From Verrucomicrobiales bacterium (GTDB taxonomy: Bacteria > Verrucomicrobiota > Verrucomicrobiia > Verrucomicrobiales > SLCJ01), in contig JBJTQJ010000100.1 of NCBI GenBank assembly GCA_046075565.1, positions 1 to 63,181 on the forward strand: a stretch of 63,181 nucleotides of DNA, read 5' to 3'. The position numbers were made by a program, and so were the translations under genes. Below the pieces are notes generated by a model that was not told the DNA's origin, did not search any database, and saw only the letters and a program-made list of their open reading frames with translations. Numbering within the stretch: position 1 is the stretch's first letter; every line of letters starts with the position of its first letter. Below are positions 40,355-49,635 of the stretch, piece after piece.

Positions 40355-40438
40355 GCGCGGCTAATTTGCCCGCATTTTCGGGGCTTTTGCAAGCAAACAA
40401 ATCAGATTCGGATCATTTTCCGAGGTATGTTTTCGGCC

Positions 40439-42322
40439 ATGTCCGCCCTGCTTTCTGCCAGCCTCATTCGCCTTTCCTACGGGTATCAAACCCTATTGGA
40501 CGGCATTTCCCTCGCCGTTGAGGAAGGGGAAAAAGTCGGATTGGTGGGACGAAATGGCTGCGGGAAAACCAGCCTGCTGAAAATCCTCGCCGGACACAAC
40601 GCCCCCGACGACGGAACACTTTCTCCCCGGCGGGGATTGCGGATCGGCTATTTGCCGCAGGAATTCGAACTCGACAACTCCTCCACCGTCGGGGAAAACA
40701 TCCTCGCGGGAGCGGCGGATATTGCCGAAGCCATTCGACGATATGAAGCGGGCGAAGGCAGCGAGGCGGAATTGGATCAACTGCATCACGTGATCGACCA
40801 TGCGGACGGTTGGAACCTCGATGCGCGCATCAAAGCCACGGCCACCGCTCTCGACGCGCCTCCCCTTGATGCTCCGGTGACCCCGCTTTCCGGCGGCGAA
40901 AAGCGCCGCGTCGCCCTCTGCCGTGCCTTGGCTTCGCAACCGGATCTTCTCCTGCTCGACGAACCAACCAACCATCTCGATGCCGAATCGATCCGATGGT
41001 TGGAGGATTTCCTGCGCGGTTTTCCCGGTGCGGTGATTTTCGTCACGCACGATCGCTACTTCCTCGATGTCATTGCCACCCGCATCCTCGAAGTGGACCA
41101 GGGGCAGTGCTACTCCCATCCTGGGAACTACACCGCCTATCTCGAATCAAAAGCGGTGCGCCGGGAGATTGCCAACCAGTCCGAACGCCGTCGCCAACGT
41201 TTCCTGCGGGAGGAACTCGAGTGGGTGCGCGCCGGTGTCAAAGCCCGCACGACAAAATCGCGCCACCGGCTCGAACAATTCTACGCCATCGAGGGACTGG
41301 AAGCACCACCGGAAGAGCGTGAAATGGACTTGCTCATTCCACCACCTCCCGAGTTGGGAAACATTGTTGTCGATCTGGAAAAAGCAGGTGTGTGTGTCGG
41401 TGAGGTCGGCGAATCCCGCTGGTTATTCCGCAACCTCACTCTTTCGCTCCAGCCTGGTCAATGCACCGGCATTGTCGGACGCAACGGCACCGGCAAAACC
41501 ACTCTCCTCAAACTATGCCTCGGGTTGCTCGAACCAAGCGAAGGATCCGCCGTCCGGGGAAAGAAACTCAAATCAAACTTCATCGATCAGACCCGGATGG
41601 CTTTGGAAGGTTCGGGTTCGGTGCTCGATGAAATCTCCGGAGGACGCGAGAACGTCCGCTTCGGCGAACAAACCATCAGCGCGCGTTCCTACTTGCGACG
41701 ATTCCTCTTTCAAGAGCAACGCATCAACGAAAAGGTCTCGTTGCTCTCCGGAGGTGAGCGTGCCCGCTTGATGCTGGCCAAGGTCCTGAAGGATGGCGGC
41801 AACCTGCTCGTGCTCGACGAGCCGACCAATGATCTGGATCTGGCCAGCCTGCGTATGCTCGAGGAAGCGCTTGCCGACTTTGATGGCACGGTCATGGTGG
41901 TGAGCCACGATCGCTACTTTCTCGATCGCGTGTGTGACCAAATTGTCGCCTTCGAGGATGACGGCGTTGTCGTGCAAGCGGGCAACTATTCCTACTATCT
42001 GGAAAAACGCCGCCAGCGTGAAAACCGCGAGCGTGTGGTCGCGCAGTCATGGGCAAAAGAATCGCGTAAGGCGAAATCCATCGCCGCCGAAAAACCCCGC
42101 AAACGCAGCGCTGCCGAGCGCAAGGAATGGGAGAACATGGAGGAGACAATCCTCGCCGCTGAAACGGAGGTCGCCGCCAAGGAAGCCCTGCTGAACGACC
42201 CGGACTTTCACGCCACGCGATTCCATGAAACTCCTGCTGTCATGGCTGAGCTTGAGGTGCTCCGGGACAAAGTGCACGCCCTCTACGAACGATGGGAGGT
42301 GCTCTCCTCGCTGCCGGAGTAG
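40439..42322 (+). CDS. uup: ABC-F ATPase, Uup-like
   Basis: Two NBDs (GRNGCGKT, GRNGTGKT; LSGGE twice; LDEPTN twice), WVRAGVKARTTK linker, C-terminal coiled coil ending LYERWE. Confidence 0.88.
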   Translation: MSALLSASLIRLSYGYQTLLDGISLAVEEGEKVGLVGRNGCGKTSLLKILAGHNAPDDGTLSPRRGLRIGYLPQEFELDNSSTVGENILAGAADIAEAIRRYEAGEGSEAELDQLHHVIDHADGWNLDARIKATATALDAPPLDAPVTPLSGGEKRRVALCRALASQPDLLLLDEPTNHLDAESIRWLEDFLRGFPGAVIFVTHDRYFLDVIATRILEVDQGQCYSHPGNYTAYLESKAVRREIANQSERRRQRFLREELEWVRAGVKARTTKSRHRLEQFYAIEGLEAPPEEREMDLLIPPPPELGNIVVDLEKAGVCVGEVGESRWLFRNLTLSLQPGQCTGIVGRNGTGKTTLLKLCLGLLEPSEGSAVRGKKLKSNFIDQTRMALEGSGSVLDEISGGRENVRFGEQTISARSYLRRFLFQEQRINEKVSLLSGGERARLMLAKVLKDGGNLLVLDEPTNDLDLASLRMLEEALADFDGTVMVVSHDRYFLDRVCDQIVAFEDDGVVVQAGNYSYYLEKRRQRENRERVVAQSWAKESRKAKSIAAEKPRKRSAAERKEWENMEETILAAETEVAAKEALLNDPDFHATRFHETPAVMAELEVLRDKVHALYERWEVLSSLPE

Positions 42323-42700
42323 CGGAACGCCTTCGCGTTCTGTGGAGGATTGTGCCTGCCGGCATCTCTCTGGTGATGCGGTGAGGACTCCATTGCTCAT
42401 TGGATATGGCGGGTCCTATCTCGCGGACGTTTGGGACAAACGTCCCTGCCTTTGCCGTTTGGAAGCATCTGTCGTGGGATGATGCGGATCGAGTGGGTCA
42501 GACCGGGCCCGCTTCGCCCCCTACTTCGCCAAGGCTTCGAAGGGCAAGAAGGCTTCAACGGGCTGACTACGGCCGTGAAACGCAAGCAACCGTTCCAAAG
42601 GCAGGGACCGCTGTCTCAGCGGTCCGAGCGATGGCGAGGTCATGGATTCACGCTCGAGTGCGGCGCATCCATCGCCCGGCACCGGAGGCGGTGCCGCTAC
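42319..42700. repeat. Mosaic of REP-like hairpins between convergent uup and MATE genes
   Basis: GTAGCGGAACGCCTTCGCGTTC (42319); CGGACGTTTGGGACAAACGTCCCTGCC (42424-42450); GGCAGGGACCGCTGTCTCAGCGGTCCG (42600-42626); CGGCACCGGAGGCGGTGCCGCTAC (42677-42700). Confidence 0.75.
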
Positions 42701-42727
42701 CGGTGATTTCTGGCCAAAGCCATCACA

Positions 42728-44149
42728 TTAGACTTTCGCTCGCAACCATTTTCCGCCGTTGAACCTCAGCCAGAACACGACCGCCTGCACCAGAACATCG
42801 GCGAACATACAGACCCAGATCCAGAATAGACCGAGCCCGAACCCCCGCACGAGGGTCCATGCCAGAACGATGCGGAATACAAACATGCTCACGTAGGAAT
42901 AACGCATGACGGCCCGCGTGTCGCCGGTGCCGCGGAAAGTCGTCTTGAGAATGAGGTTGGTCGCGAGGAAAGGTTGGCAGAATCCGCACATGACCAAAAG
43001 TGGTGCCGCCAAATTCATGTGCAGTGCGCTGTCCGGCACGAATATCCCGATAATCTCGCGAGGGAAGAGAATGAAGGATAAACCGATGATGGTCATGAGA
43101 CCAGCCCCTGCTTTCCACGCCTCGCGTGCGGCGGCCTTTGCCCGCGATGGATCGCCAAGCCCGAGATATTGGCCGGCGAGTGTGGCGGCGGCCGCACCAA
43201 AAGCAAAACCGGGGAGGAAGGAAAGACTTTCGGCGCGGATGGTAATTATGTGCGCCCCCAGAACCCCTTGTTGTGGCAATCCGGCGACGAGCCGAAGGAG
43301 CGCGATATTCATCAACCACATGCCGAGGATCTCCACGGCCGAGGGCAAACCGACACGCACGATCCGGCGGGAGGTTTCCCGATGCGGACGCAACCCTGCT
43401 CGGTCAAGGGCAAGTCCCTCCGTTCTCCGCCAGAGCACAACCGCGAGTGTCACTGCCCCCACGGCCCAGCCTAACAAGGTGCCTGCAGCCAGTCCGCTCA
43501 CGCCATGCCCTCCCCATGGCGCGGGGCCGAAGGTGAAGAGCCAACTGGTGAAAATGTTCGTGATGTTGACGAGCGTCATCACCTTGAAGGGCGTGCCCGT
43601 ATCTCCGGAGCCACGGAGGCCGGCATTCGCGGCGAAAAGGAAACCGGTGAGCGGTGCGGACAGACTGACAATCCCCAGATATTCGGCGGCCATCTTGGCG
43701 GTTTCTCCTTCGAGGGAAAACGCCCGCAGGAACATCGGGATGAGCAACTGTGCGGCCAAGGCAACCAGGAAACCAAATGAGAGCCCGAGCAACACCGCTT
43801 GACCGAGCGCACGCCGGGCCAAGGCCGTATCGCCCGCGCCGGTCGCCCGCGAGATCAGGGCGAGTCCACCTGTTCCGACCGCGCCTTGCACAATCATCAG
43901 TAGCCACGCGAAATACCCACCGACCGCCAGGGCATCCAGCGCGTGCATGCGGGTCAACTCACCCGCGAACCGCCCCGCGAGAATTTGATCGGTGGCGGAG
44001 ACGGCGAAACCCAGCAGGTTTTCCAACAATGGCCAGACGGCTAGCGTGAAAAGTTGCCGCCGGATGCTCAAGCCCGCCAACTTTCCGCCCAAAGTCCTTT
44101 GCTCCACCGGAATCGGCGGCTCGGAGGGTTCTTTGGGTGACTGGAGCAC
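42728..44149 (-). CDS. MATE-family efflux transporter
   Basis: About 12 TMs; LRGSGDTGTPF, RVGLP, GQYLG, FRGTGDT. Confidence 0.9.
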   Translation of the reverse strand: MLQSPKEPSEPPIPVEQRTLGGKLAGLSIRRQLFTLAVWPLLENLLGFAVSATDQILAGRFAGELTRMHALDALAVGGYFAWLLMIVQGAVGTGGLALISRATGAGDTALARRALGQAVLLGLSFGFLVALAAQLLIPMFLRAFSLEGETAKMAAEYLGIVSLSAPLTGFLFAANAGLRGSGDTGTPFKVMTLVNITNIFTSWLFTFGPAPWGGHGVSGLAAGTLLGWAVGAVTLAVVLWRRTEGLALDRAGLRPHRETSRRIVRVGLPSAVEILGMWLMNIALLRLVAGLPQQGVLGAHIITIRAESLSFLPGFAFGAAAATLAGQYLGLGDPSRAKAAAREAWKAGAGLMTIIGLSFILFPREIIGIFVPDSALHMNLAAPLLVMCGFCQPFLATNLILKTTFRGTGDTRAVMRYSYVSMFVFRIVLAWTLVRGFGLGLFWIWVCMFADVLVQAVVFWLRFNGGKWLRAKV

Positions 44150-44282
44150 AGCTCACCAAACCGGGGGATTGCCGCTTCCGAAAGCGAAAAATCCATGGTC
44201 AAGGTTAAAGCCGTTTCAAATTGCCAAGTCGTTCGGTCGGCTTTAGCGTTCGCTCTCCCCGACCCGAAACATTTCACCCGAT

Positions 44283-44780
44283 ATGCAATCCCACGAACTC
44301 TTCCAGAAAATGGGCGACTCCAAAGCCCGCGAAATCCTCATGTATTTCCGGGAAAACGAGCGCAATGTTTACAAGACCGCCATCGGCACACTCGCCGAGC
44401 CCAAGAAACTGCGTCCCATTTTTGTCTTGCAGAAATCGGTGCCCGATCAGGTCTCCTGGATGCTCAAGGAATTGACCCACAAACGCGGTGAAGGCGTCGC
44501 GGAACAACTGCTTCAAGTCTGGCTGCTGCAAGCCCGTCAGGCCATGCTCATCCAGTTTCTCGATGGACTCGGTATCGCCCACGACGGAAAAGGCGCGGTG
44601 GATGATCTCCCCGATGAACTCGATAGGGAGAAATTCCCTCCCACCATTGATTCCCTGCTTGCCACTTTCGAACCAACCGAGGTCGCCATTTATCTGCATG
44701 TCTTCAACGAGCAGACACCGAATGGGTGGGCAGAAATCTCGCAAACCCTCGAATCCGACGCGCGCCTCGCGCTCGGGTGA
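44283..44780 (+). CDS. Hypothetical protein
   Basis: Clean 165-aa ORF with host-like codon usage; FLDGLGIAHDGKG motif. Confidence 0.75.
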   Translation: MQSHELFQKMGDSKAREILMYFRENERNVYKTAIGTLAEPKKLRPIFVLQKSVPDQVSWMLKELTHKRGEGVAEQLLQVWLLQARQAMLIQFLDGLGIAHDGKGAVDDLPDELDREKFPPTIDSLLATFEPTEVAIYLHVFNEQTPNGWAEISQTLESDARLALG

Positions 44781-44820
44781 GGCTGGTCCGCGCGTTCAAA
44801 GCACTGCGTCCCAAAGACCA

Positions 44821-45501
44821 TCAATGCACGACCTTCACTGGCATGCCTGTCGTGGAATTCCGGAAGAAGGCCTCGGCCGCGCCGCGGGGCAGGCGGATAC
44901 ATCCATGAGACGCCGGATATCCCGGCAAATAACCGGCATGTAATCCGATGCCGCCATTGATGCGCATGAAGTAGGGCATGGATGCACCACGGAAATGCGA
45001 ACCCTTCGGGCGCGGGTCATCTTTGATGCCGATGTTTGCCACCACCACGTTGCCCTCCGCATCGACGTAGTCGCCATAAAGGTTCGAGACGTGGTTGGCA
45101 TTTTTCTGTTGGACGCGGAAGCTGCCCGGTGGCGTCGGATGTTGGTCCGTGCCACTCGAAATTTCCGTCCACCCGACCGCCAGATTGCCCTTGTAAAATG
45201 TGGCCTGCTGCGCCCCCAAATCGATCACGAGGGATGGGGAACCCGGGATGCCATCACCTTCCCATCGCCAGACCGGTTCGCGGGGTTTCTCAACGGCGAC
45301 CGCGGCTCCCCGCTTGCGCTTGGTTTTCATCTTGGCGGCGGGCCCGATGATCGACCCGTCCGGTGCGAGATAGGATGTCCCATCTGTCGGATACGCATTT
45401 GGGCCACTCGATTTGCACGCTGGTAAGATCACGGCGACGAGCAATCCGAGGAGGGGGGCGTGAAAATGGAATCGGGAGGAGACGATGGGGGGCTTGGTCA
45501 T
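44821..45501 (-). CDS. L,D-transpeptidase (YkuD), lipoprotein
   Basis: Lipobox LPAC; ISSG...TPPG, MPYFMR, LHAG...ASHGCIRL. Confidence 0.9.
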   Translation of the reverse strand: MTKPPIVSSRFHFHAPLLGLLVAVILPACKSSGPNAYPTDGTSYLAPDGSIIGPAAKMKTKRKRGAAVAVEKPREPVWRWEGDGIPGSPSLVIDLGAQQATFYKGNLAVGWTEISSGTDQHPTPPGSFRVQQKNANHVSNLYGDYVDAEGNVVVANIGIKDDPRPKGSHFRGASMPYFMRINGGIGLHAGYLPGYPASHGCIRLPRGAAEAFFRNSTTGMPVKVVH

Positions 45502-45571
45502 CTGGTAGGGGTGGGGGCGCTAAAGATGTGCTTTTCCACCTCGAATCGCAAGTGACACAAACGCGCGATTT

Positions 45572-46279
45572 TCAGCGCCAACGCTGGCGCATCGGTCCTT
45601 CAACGGTTGGACGGGGCACAACAAATGTCCCCAAAAGCAAACCCATGGCAAAACCTCCTAGGTGCGCTCCGAAGGCGACATTCAACCCCGAACCGGCCAT
45701 CAGATTGAAGTAGTCGAAGCCTACACCGACAAGAGCCACGATTAGCAATTCGACGGGAGAGATGGGACGACTCAAAGGCCAGATAAAGGCGTCGGGCAAC
45801 TTTCCTCTGGTTGAAAGTCCAAGATAGAGGCCTTCGAATCCCATGACCGCGCCCGAGGCTCCGAGCATGGGAATGACATCACCCCGATTGAGGAAAACAT
45901 GCATGGCGCTGCCCGCGATGGCCGTCATCGCGAAGAGCACCGGAATCCATGCCTCGTGGATGAGCCGGCGGGCCAGACCCGCGAAGATCCAGAGAAACAA
46001 TAGATTACCCACGATGTGATCGAGGTCCATGTGCAAGAACCCGTAGGTGAGCATGGTCGCCAGCGCCTGCCATGAACCTGCATCACCATTTCCGGAACGA
46101 ATGGCCACGAGCGCGTTTTCGATCTTGAGCGGCACCACCATCCAATCGGCGATGATTTCCGGTCCAAGGAATAACTGGATCAGGAAGATGATGATCATCA
46201 CCCCCATGAGAACAAAGAGGAACCTTTGCTCGTGGAAAATACTGGTGCCGGGGCGCAGGTGGCGGGGTGTCACGGGCAT
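45572..46279 (-). CDS. Rhomboid intramembrane serine protease
   Basis: FLH...HIVGN, GASGA, AHLGG. Confidence 0.9.
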   Translation of the reverse strand: MPVTPRHLRPGTSIFHEQRFLFVLMGVMIIIFLIQLFLGPEIIADWMVVPLKIENALVAIRSGNGDAGSWQALATMLTYGFLHMDLDHIVGNLLFLWIFAGLARRLIHEAWIPVLFAMTAIAGSAMHVFLNRGDVIPMLGASGAVMGFEGLYLGLSTRGKLPDAFIWPLSRPISPVELLIVALVGVGFDYFNLMAGSGLNVAFGAHLGGFAMGLLLGTFVVPRPTVEGPMRQRWR

Positions 46280-46502
46280 GCGGAATTGCAATGGTGCCCG
46301 CCATGGCCAGCGGGGCAAGTGGAAAGATCGGCCCGGGCTGCCGACACGGGAAAATTTCCTTCGTTTCGGTGACTTGGGTGCTTATACTATCCGTCATGGT
46401 GCTGATCTTGATTCAATCATTTCTAAATTGAAATCAGAGCTGCGTGAAGAGTGCCATAGGGGAACCACGTATCTCCGGCCTTGAGATGTTAAAGCCCAGG
46501 CC

Positions 46503-46538
46503 AAAAAAAACCGCCGCGCGGATGATCCGGGCGGCGGT
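46503..46538 (-). terminator. Intrinsic terminator downstream of rpmF
   Basis: Minus strand ACCGCCGCCCGGA-TCA-TCCGCGCGGCGG then T8. Confidence 0.85.
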
Positions 46539-46572
46539 AGTTGAGATGATTTTGTTTTGGAAAGGCGTGGGC

Positions 46573-46755
46573 TCAGCCCACTTCGATGTCCAAGACCTGA
46601 CGGCCATTGTAGGTGCCGCAGGACGGGCACGCGATGTGACCGGGCACGGTGCTGCCGCACTCCTTGCATTTGGAGAATTTGGGCGCGTGCCAACGATTGG
46701 CGGCGCGGCGGGTGCGCTTCTTCATTTTCGACGTTCTACGCTTTGGGACGGCCAT
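46573..46755 (-). CDS. rpmF: 50S ribosomal protein L32 (Zn-ribbon form)
   Basis: [15 protein letters not shown]...CPSCGTY. Confidence 0.97.
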   Translation of the reverse strand: MAVPKRRTSKMKKRTRRAANRWHAPKFSKCKECGSTVPGHIACPSCGTYNGRQVLDIEVG

Positions 46756-46764
46756 GGTGCTGGA

Positions 46765-47268
46765 TCAGGTGGATGATGAATCTTTGGGAGGACTTGGTTT
46801 CCAGTCTCCGAGAACATCCCATGCCCCGGGTGGGGAGCCTGTTTCTTCGGCGGGCTCATCTCCGGGGTCGGGGGCGAGGAACCGATGGCTGGCTGGACAT
46901 TCCCGCTCCTCGGCTGTTGAATCACAGTGAGGGTAGGCTGGAAGGGCCAAAAGGATATCCTCTCTTAGCCTTTCTGTCAAATCAATCGTGCCATTTCCTT
47001 CCGTTTCAACGTCCGCAGTGTAGGGATCGAGGGAAATCACCTCCTCGAACGATTCGAGGCAACGGACGCATTCCCTCCGAAAAGGTGCCCGGATCGAACC
47101 CGTGACCAGCAAGATTTCCCCGGAAGGGAGCAGATCCAGTCGGTATTCCAGCGGACCGGTCGGTTGGGCGTCACCGGGGTTGATATCGAAGAGGGCGCCG
47201 TCCAATTCACCCTCGAGATGAAGGCCATTTTCGGGAATTTCCGACGGGATGAGGTGTTTCAGATCCAT
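46765..47268 (-). CDS. yceD: YceD/DUF177 protein
   Basis: CVRCLE, IDL..LREDILLALP; directly upstream of rpmF. Confidence 0.88.
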   Translation of the reverse strand: MDLKHLIPSEIPENGLHLEGELDGALFDINPGDAQPTGPLEYRLDLLPSGEILLVTGSIRAPFRRECVRCLESFEEVISLDPYTADVETEGNGTIDLTERLREDILLALPAYPHCDSTAEERECPASHRFLAPDPGDEPAEETGSPPGAWDVLGDWKPSPPKDSSST

Positions 47269-47283
47269 TGGGGAGGGGGGCGT

Positions 47284-47766
47284 TCAGGCTCTGCCCAAAC
47301 GGGCCAGGAGGGCGGTCCGGGCCGCGGGAGGGACAAATTGGGCCACATCGCCGCCCAATCTCGCCACCTCCCGGACCATCCGCGAGCTGAGATACGAGTA
47401 TTCTTCCCGAGGCATGAGGAAAATGGTCTCGGCGGCCGGTTCGAGTTTCCGGTTCATCAAGGCCATCTGGAACTCGAACTCGAAATCGGAAATCGCCCGC
47501 AAACCGCGCACGACGGCGATCGCGCCGGTGACCCGCACATAGTCCACGAGCAAACCTTCGAAGTGGGCGAATGTGAGATTCGGGATTTCCCCGCAACTCT
47601 CGCGGATGAGTTCCAGCCTTTCCTCGGGAGTAAAAAGCGGGGTTTTGGCGTCGTTGTGGGCGACCGCGACAATCACCCGATCAAAGAGCCGGGAAGCCCG
47701 CTGGATCACATCCAGATGGCCGTAGGTCACGGGGTCGAAAGAACCTGGGTAAAGGGCGACACGCAT
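47284..47766 (-). CDS. coaD: Phosphopantetheine adenylyltransferase
   Basis: YPGSFDPVTYGHLD, RGLRAISDFEFE, SSRMVRE. Confidence 0.96.
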   Translation of the reverse strand: MRVALYPGSFDPVTYGHLDVIQRASRLFDRVIVAVAHNDAKTPLFTPEERLELIRESCGEIPNLTFAHFEGLLVDYVRVTGAIAVVRGLRAISDFEFEFQMALMNRKLEPAAETIFLMPREEYSYLSSRMVREVARLGGDVAQFVPPAARTALLARLGRA

Positions 47767-47900
47767 CGGTGCTCAAACATGGCCCCATCCCACCGGGTTG
47801 TCATTTCCGATTTCATCGAATGGCTCTACCGGTGGGAACTGGCGATCCCGACCTTAAAATCCTTGGTGCCCATTTTCCCTTCAAGCGTAATTTGTACTGT

Positions 47901-48500
47901 ATGAACGATGATTTCACGCGGGATGGAACGAGGGCGATTGATCCGCTCTCGCTTCTGCGTGCCTACGCGGCCGGGATCTTCCCCATGGGCTTGGAGGACG
48001 GTTCGTTGGGCTGGTTCTCGCCGGATCCCCGGGGCATTCTGCCGCTCGACGGGTTCCACATCCCCAAAGGCCTGCGACGGGCACTGAAAAAACATCCCTT
48101 CGAAATCCGCTACGACACCGCCTTTGCTGAAGTGCTGCTCGGATGTGCGGATCGAGCAAGCACCTGGATCGACCCGGTCATTTTCAGCAGCTACAACCGT
48201 TTGCATGAACTTGGTTTCGCCCACTCGGTCGAAGCCTGGCACAACGGCCGGTTGGTCGGTGGACTTTACGGTGTCGCCTTGCGTGGATTATTCTGCGGCG
48301 AGAGCATGTTCAGCCGGGAAACCGACGCCAGCAAAATCTGTCTCGTCCATCTCGTCGAGCGTCTCCGCCGGGGCGGTTTTGTTTTGCTCGACACGCAATG
48401 GACCACTCCCCATCTTCGCACGTTCGGAGCCATTGATGTCCCTCGCGATAGCTACCTGGACCTTCTCCAGGAGGCCCTCGAAACAGCCGCGGAGTGGTGA
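47901..48500 (+). CDS. aat: Leucyl/phenylalanyl-tRNA-protein transferase
   Basis: AYAAGIFPM, WFSPDPR, AHSVEAW, GGLYG, GESMFS, DASK, DTQ. Confidence 0.93.
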   Translation: MNDDFTRDGTRAIDPLSLLRAYAAGIFPMGLEDGSLGWFSPDPRGILPLDGFHIPKGLRRALKKHPFEIRYDTAFAEVLLGCADRASTWIDPVIFSSYNRLHELGFAHSVEAWHNGRLVGGLYGVALRGLFCGESMFSRETDASKICLVHLVERLRRGGFVLLDTQWTTPHLRTFGAIDVPRDSYLDLLQEALETAAEW

Positions 48501-48594
48501 GAGAGACCACCGAGGCAGTCCCCTGATTCTTCCTTGCCACCCGAGCCCCTGAATGTGGACTTGAAAATGGGCGGACGCGACATAGGTTCAAGGA

Positions 48595-48864
48595 ATGCCA
48601 GTGATTTCCATGTTCTACGGGATCATAGTTGCCATGTATTTCTTTGATACCGGCAAGCACAAGCACCCGCATGTCCATGTAAAATACCAGGGCGATGAGG
48701 TTGTCATTGCTATTCCTGATGGTCAAATCATCGAGGGGGCAATCCAAGCGAACAAGATGAAACTGGTGCAGGCTTGGATCGAAATCCATCGCGATGAGTT
48801 GATGGCGAATTGGGAACTGGCGGTCAACGGGCAGGAAGTCTTCAAGATCGAACCACTGCGATAA
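48595..48864 (+). CDS. DUF4160 protein (putative TA-type component)
   Basis: MPVISMFYGI..MYF..HKHPHVHVKY...WIEIH..EL..NW. Confidence 0.88.
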   Translation: MPVISMFYGIIVAMYFFDTGKHKHPHVHVKYQGDEVVIAIPDGQIIEGAIQANKMKLVQAWIEIHRDELMANWELAVNGQEVFKIEPLR

Positions 48865-48865
48865 G

Positions 48866-49105
48866 ATGAATCCGAGAGTCGCCAAAGCATACCCCGAGCC
48901 GGGCTACCGCGTTTGCCTCGAATTTTCGAATGGCGAACGCCGGGAGTTCGATGTGAGTCCTTATCTCGACAAGGGGGTTTTCCGGCGTCTGCGGGATGAG
49001 GTGTATTTCCGCCAAGTAAGGGTTTCGATGGGAACGATTGAATGGCCCGAAGGGCAGGACTTTTGTCCGGACACCCTGTATGAGTGCTCCAAGGTGATTG
49101 CCTGA
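48866..49105 (+). CDS. DUF2442 protein (putative TA-type partner)
   Basis: LEFSNGE..FDV, F..V, TIEWPEGQDFCPDTLY. Confidence 0.88.
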   Translation: MNPRVAKAYPEPGYRVCLEFSNGERREFDVSPYLDKGVFRRLRDEVYFRQVRVSMGTIEWPEGQDFCPDTLYECSKVIA

Positions 49106-49214
49106 AAACCGGCGGGGTCTGCGGCTATGGGCTCGCGAGCGTTGAATGCGGGATCTCCGCTTCATTCTCGCTGGTCAAAGTGACTTCCGCCGTTGCCGCC
49201 ACGGCCAACTCCGG

Positions 49215-49472
49215 TCATGGACGTTGCCGACGGCGAACTCGTTCCCGGGCCGCTTCCACTTTCTCCCATGCTTCATCGGTCAGTTCGGGCAACCGCCTTC
49301 CTTCCCGCAGCAACTCCCGGACTCTTTCCTCCGTGAGTGGCTGGCGCTTGCGCAACACCACCATACCTCCCGCGAACCCGATATCGAGTTCGTCCCCGGC
49401 GTGAATGCGGGCCATCTGCCTGATAGCCAAGGGAATCACCGTCTGGCCTTTGCTGGAGACTTTGGTAAGCGT
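49215..49472 (-). pseudogene. AbrB/MazE/SpoVT antitoxin whose expected start codon reads ACG
   Basis: In frame upstream of the tracked GTG: (ACG)LTKVSSKGQTVIPLAIR...GDEL; no ATG at the expected position. Confidence 0.65.
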
Positions 49473-49474
49473 GA

Positions 49475-49492
49475 GGTAAGACTAGCCTTACC
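49475..49492. promoter_or_regulatory. Palindromic operator upstream of the AbrB-type gene
   Basis: GGTAAG-ACTAGC-CTTACC. Confidence 0.6.
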
Positions 49493-49635
49493 TTGGGTTT
49501 CTGTCAAGAGGACGAGCCTTTGGTTTTGTAAGCCTATGAGCCGCCCAAAAATCAGCTGGCATGGACAACCCTGCAAGCGACCTTCGTTAACATCATTTCC
49601 CACGGCGGCATTGGCAAGGGGGCAAAGTCGACCCA

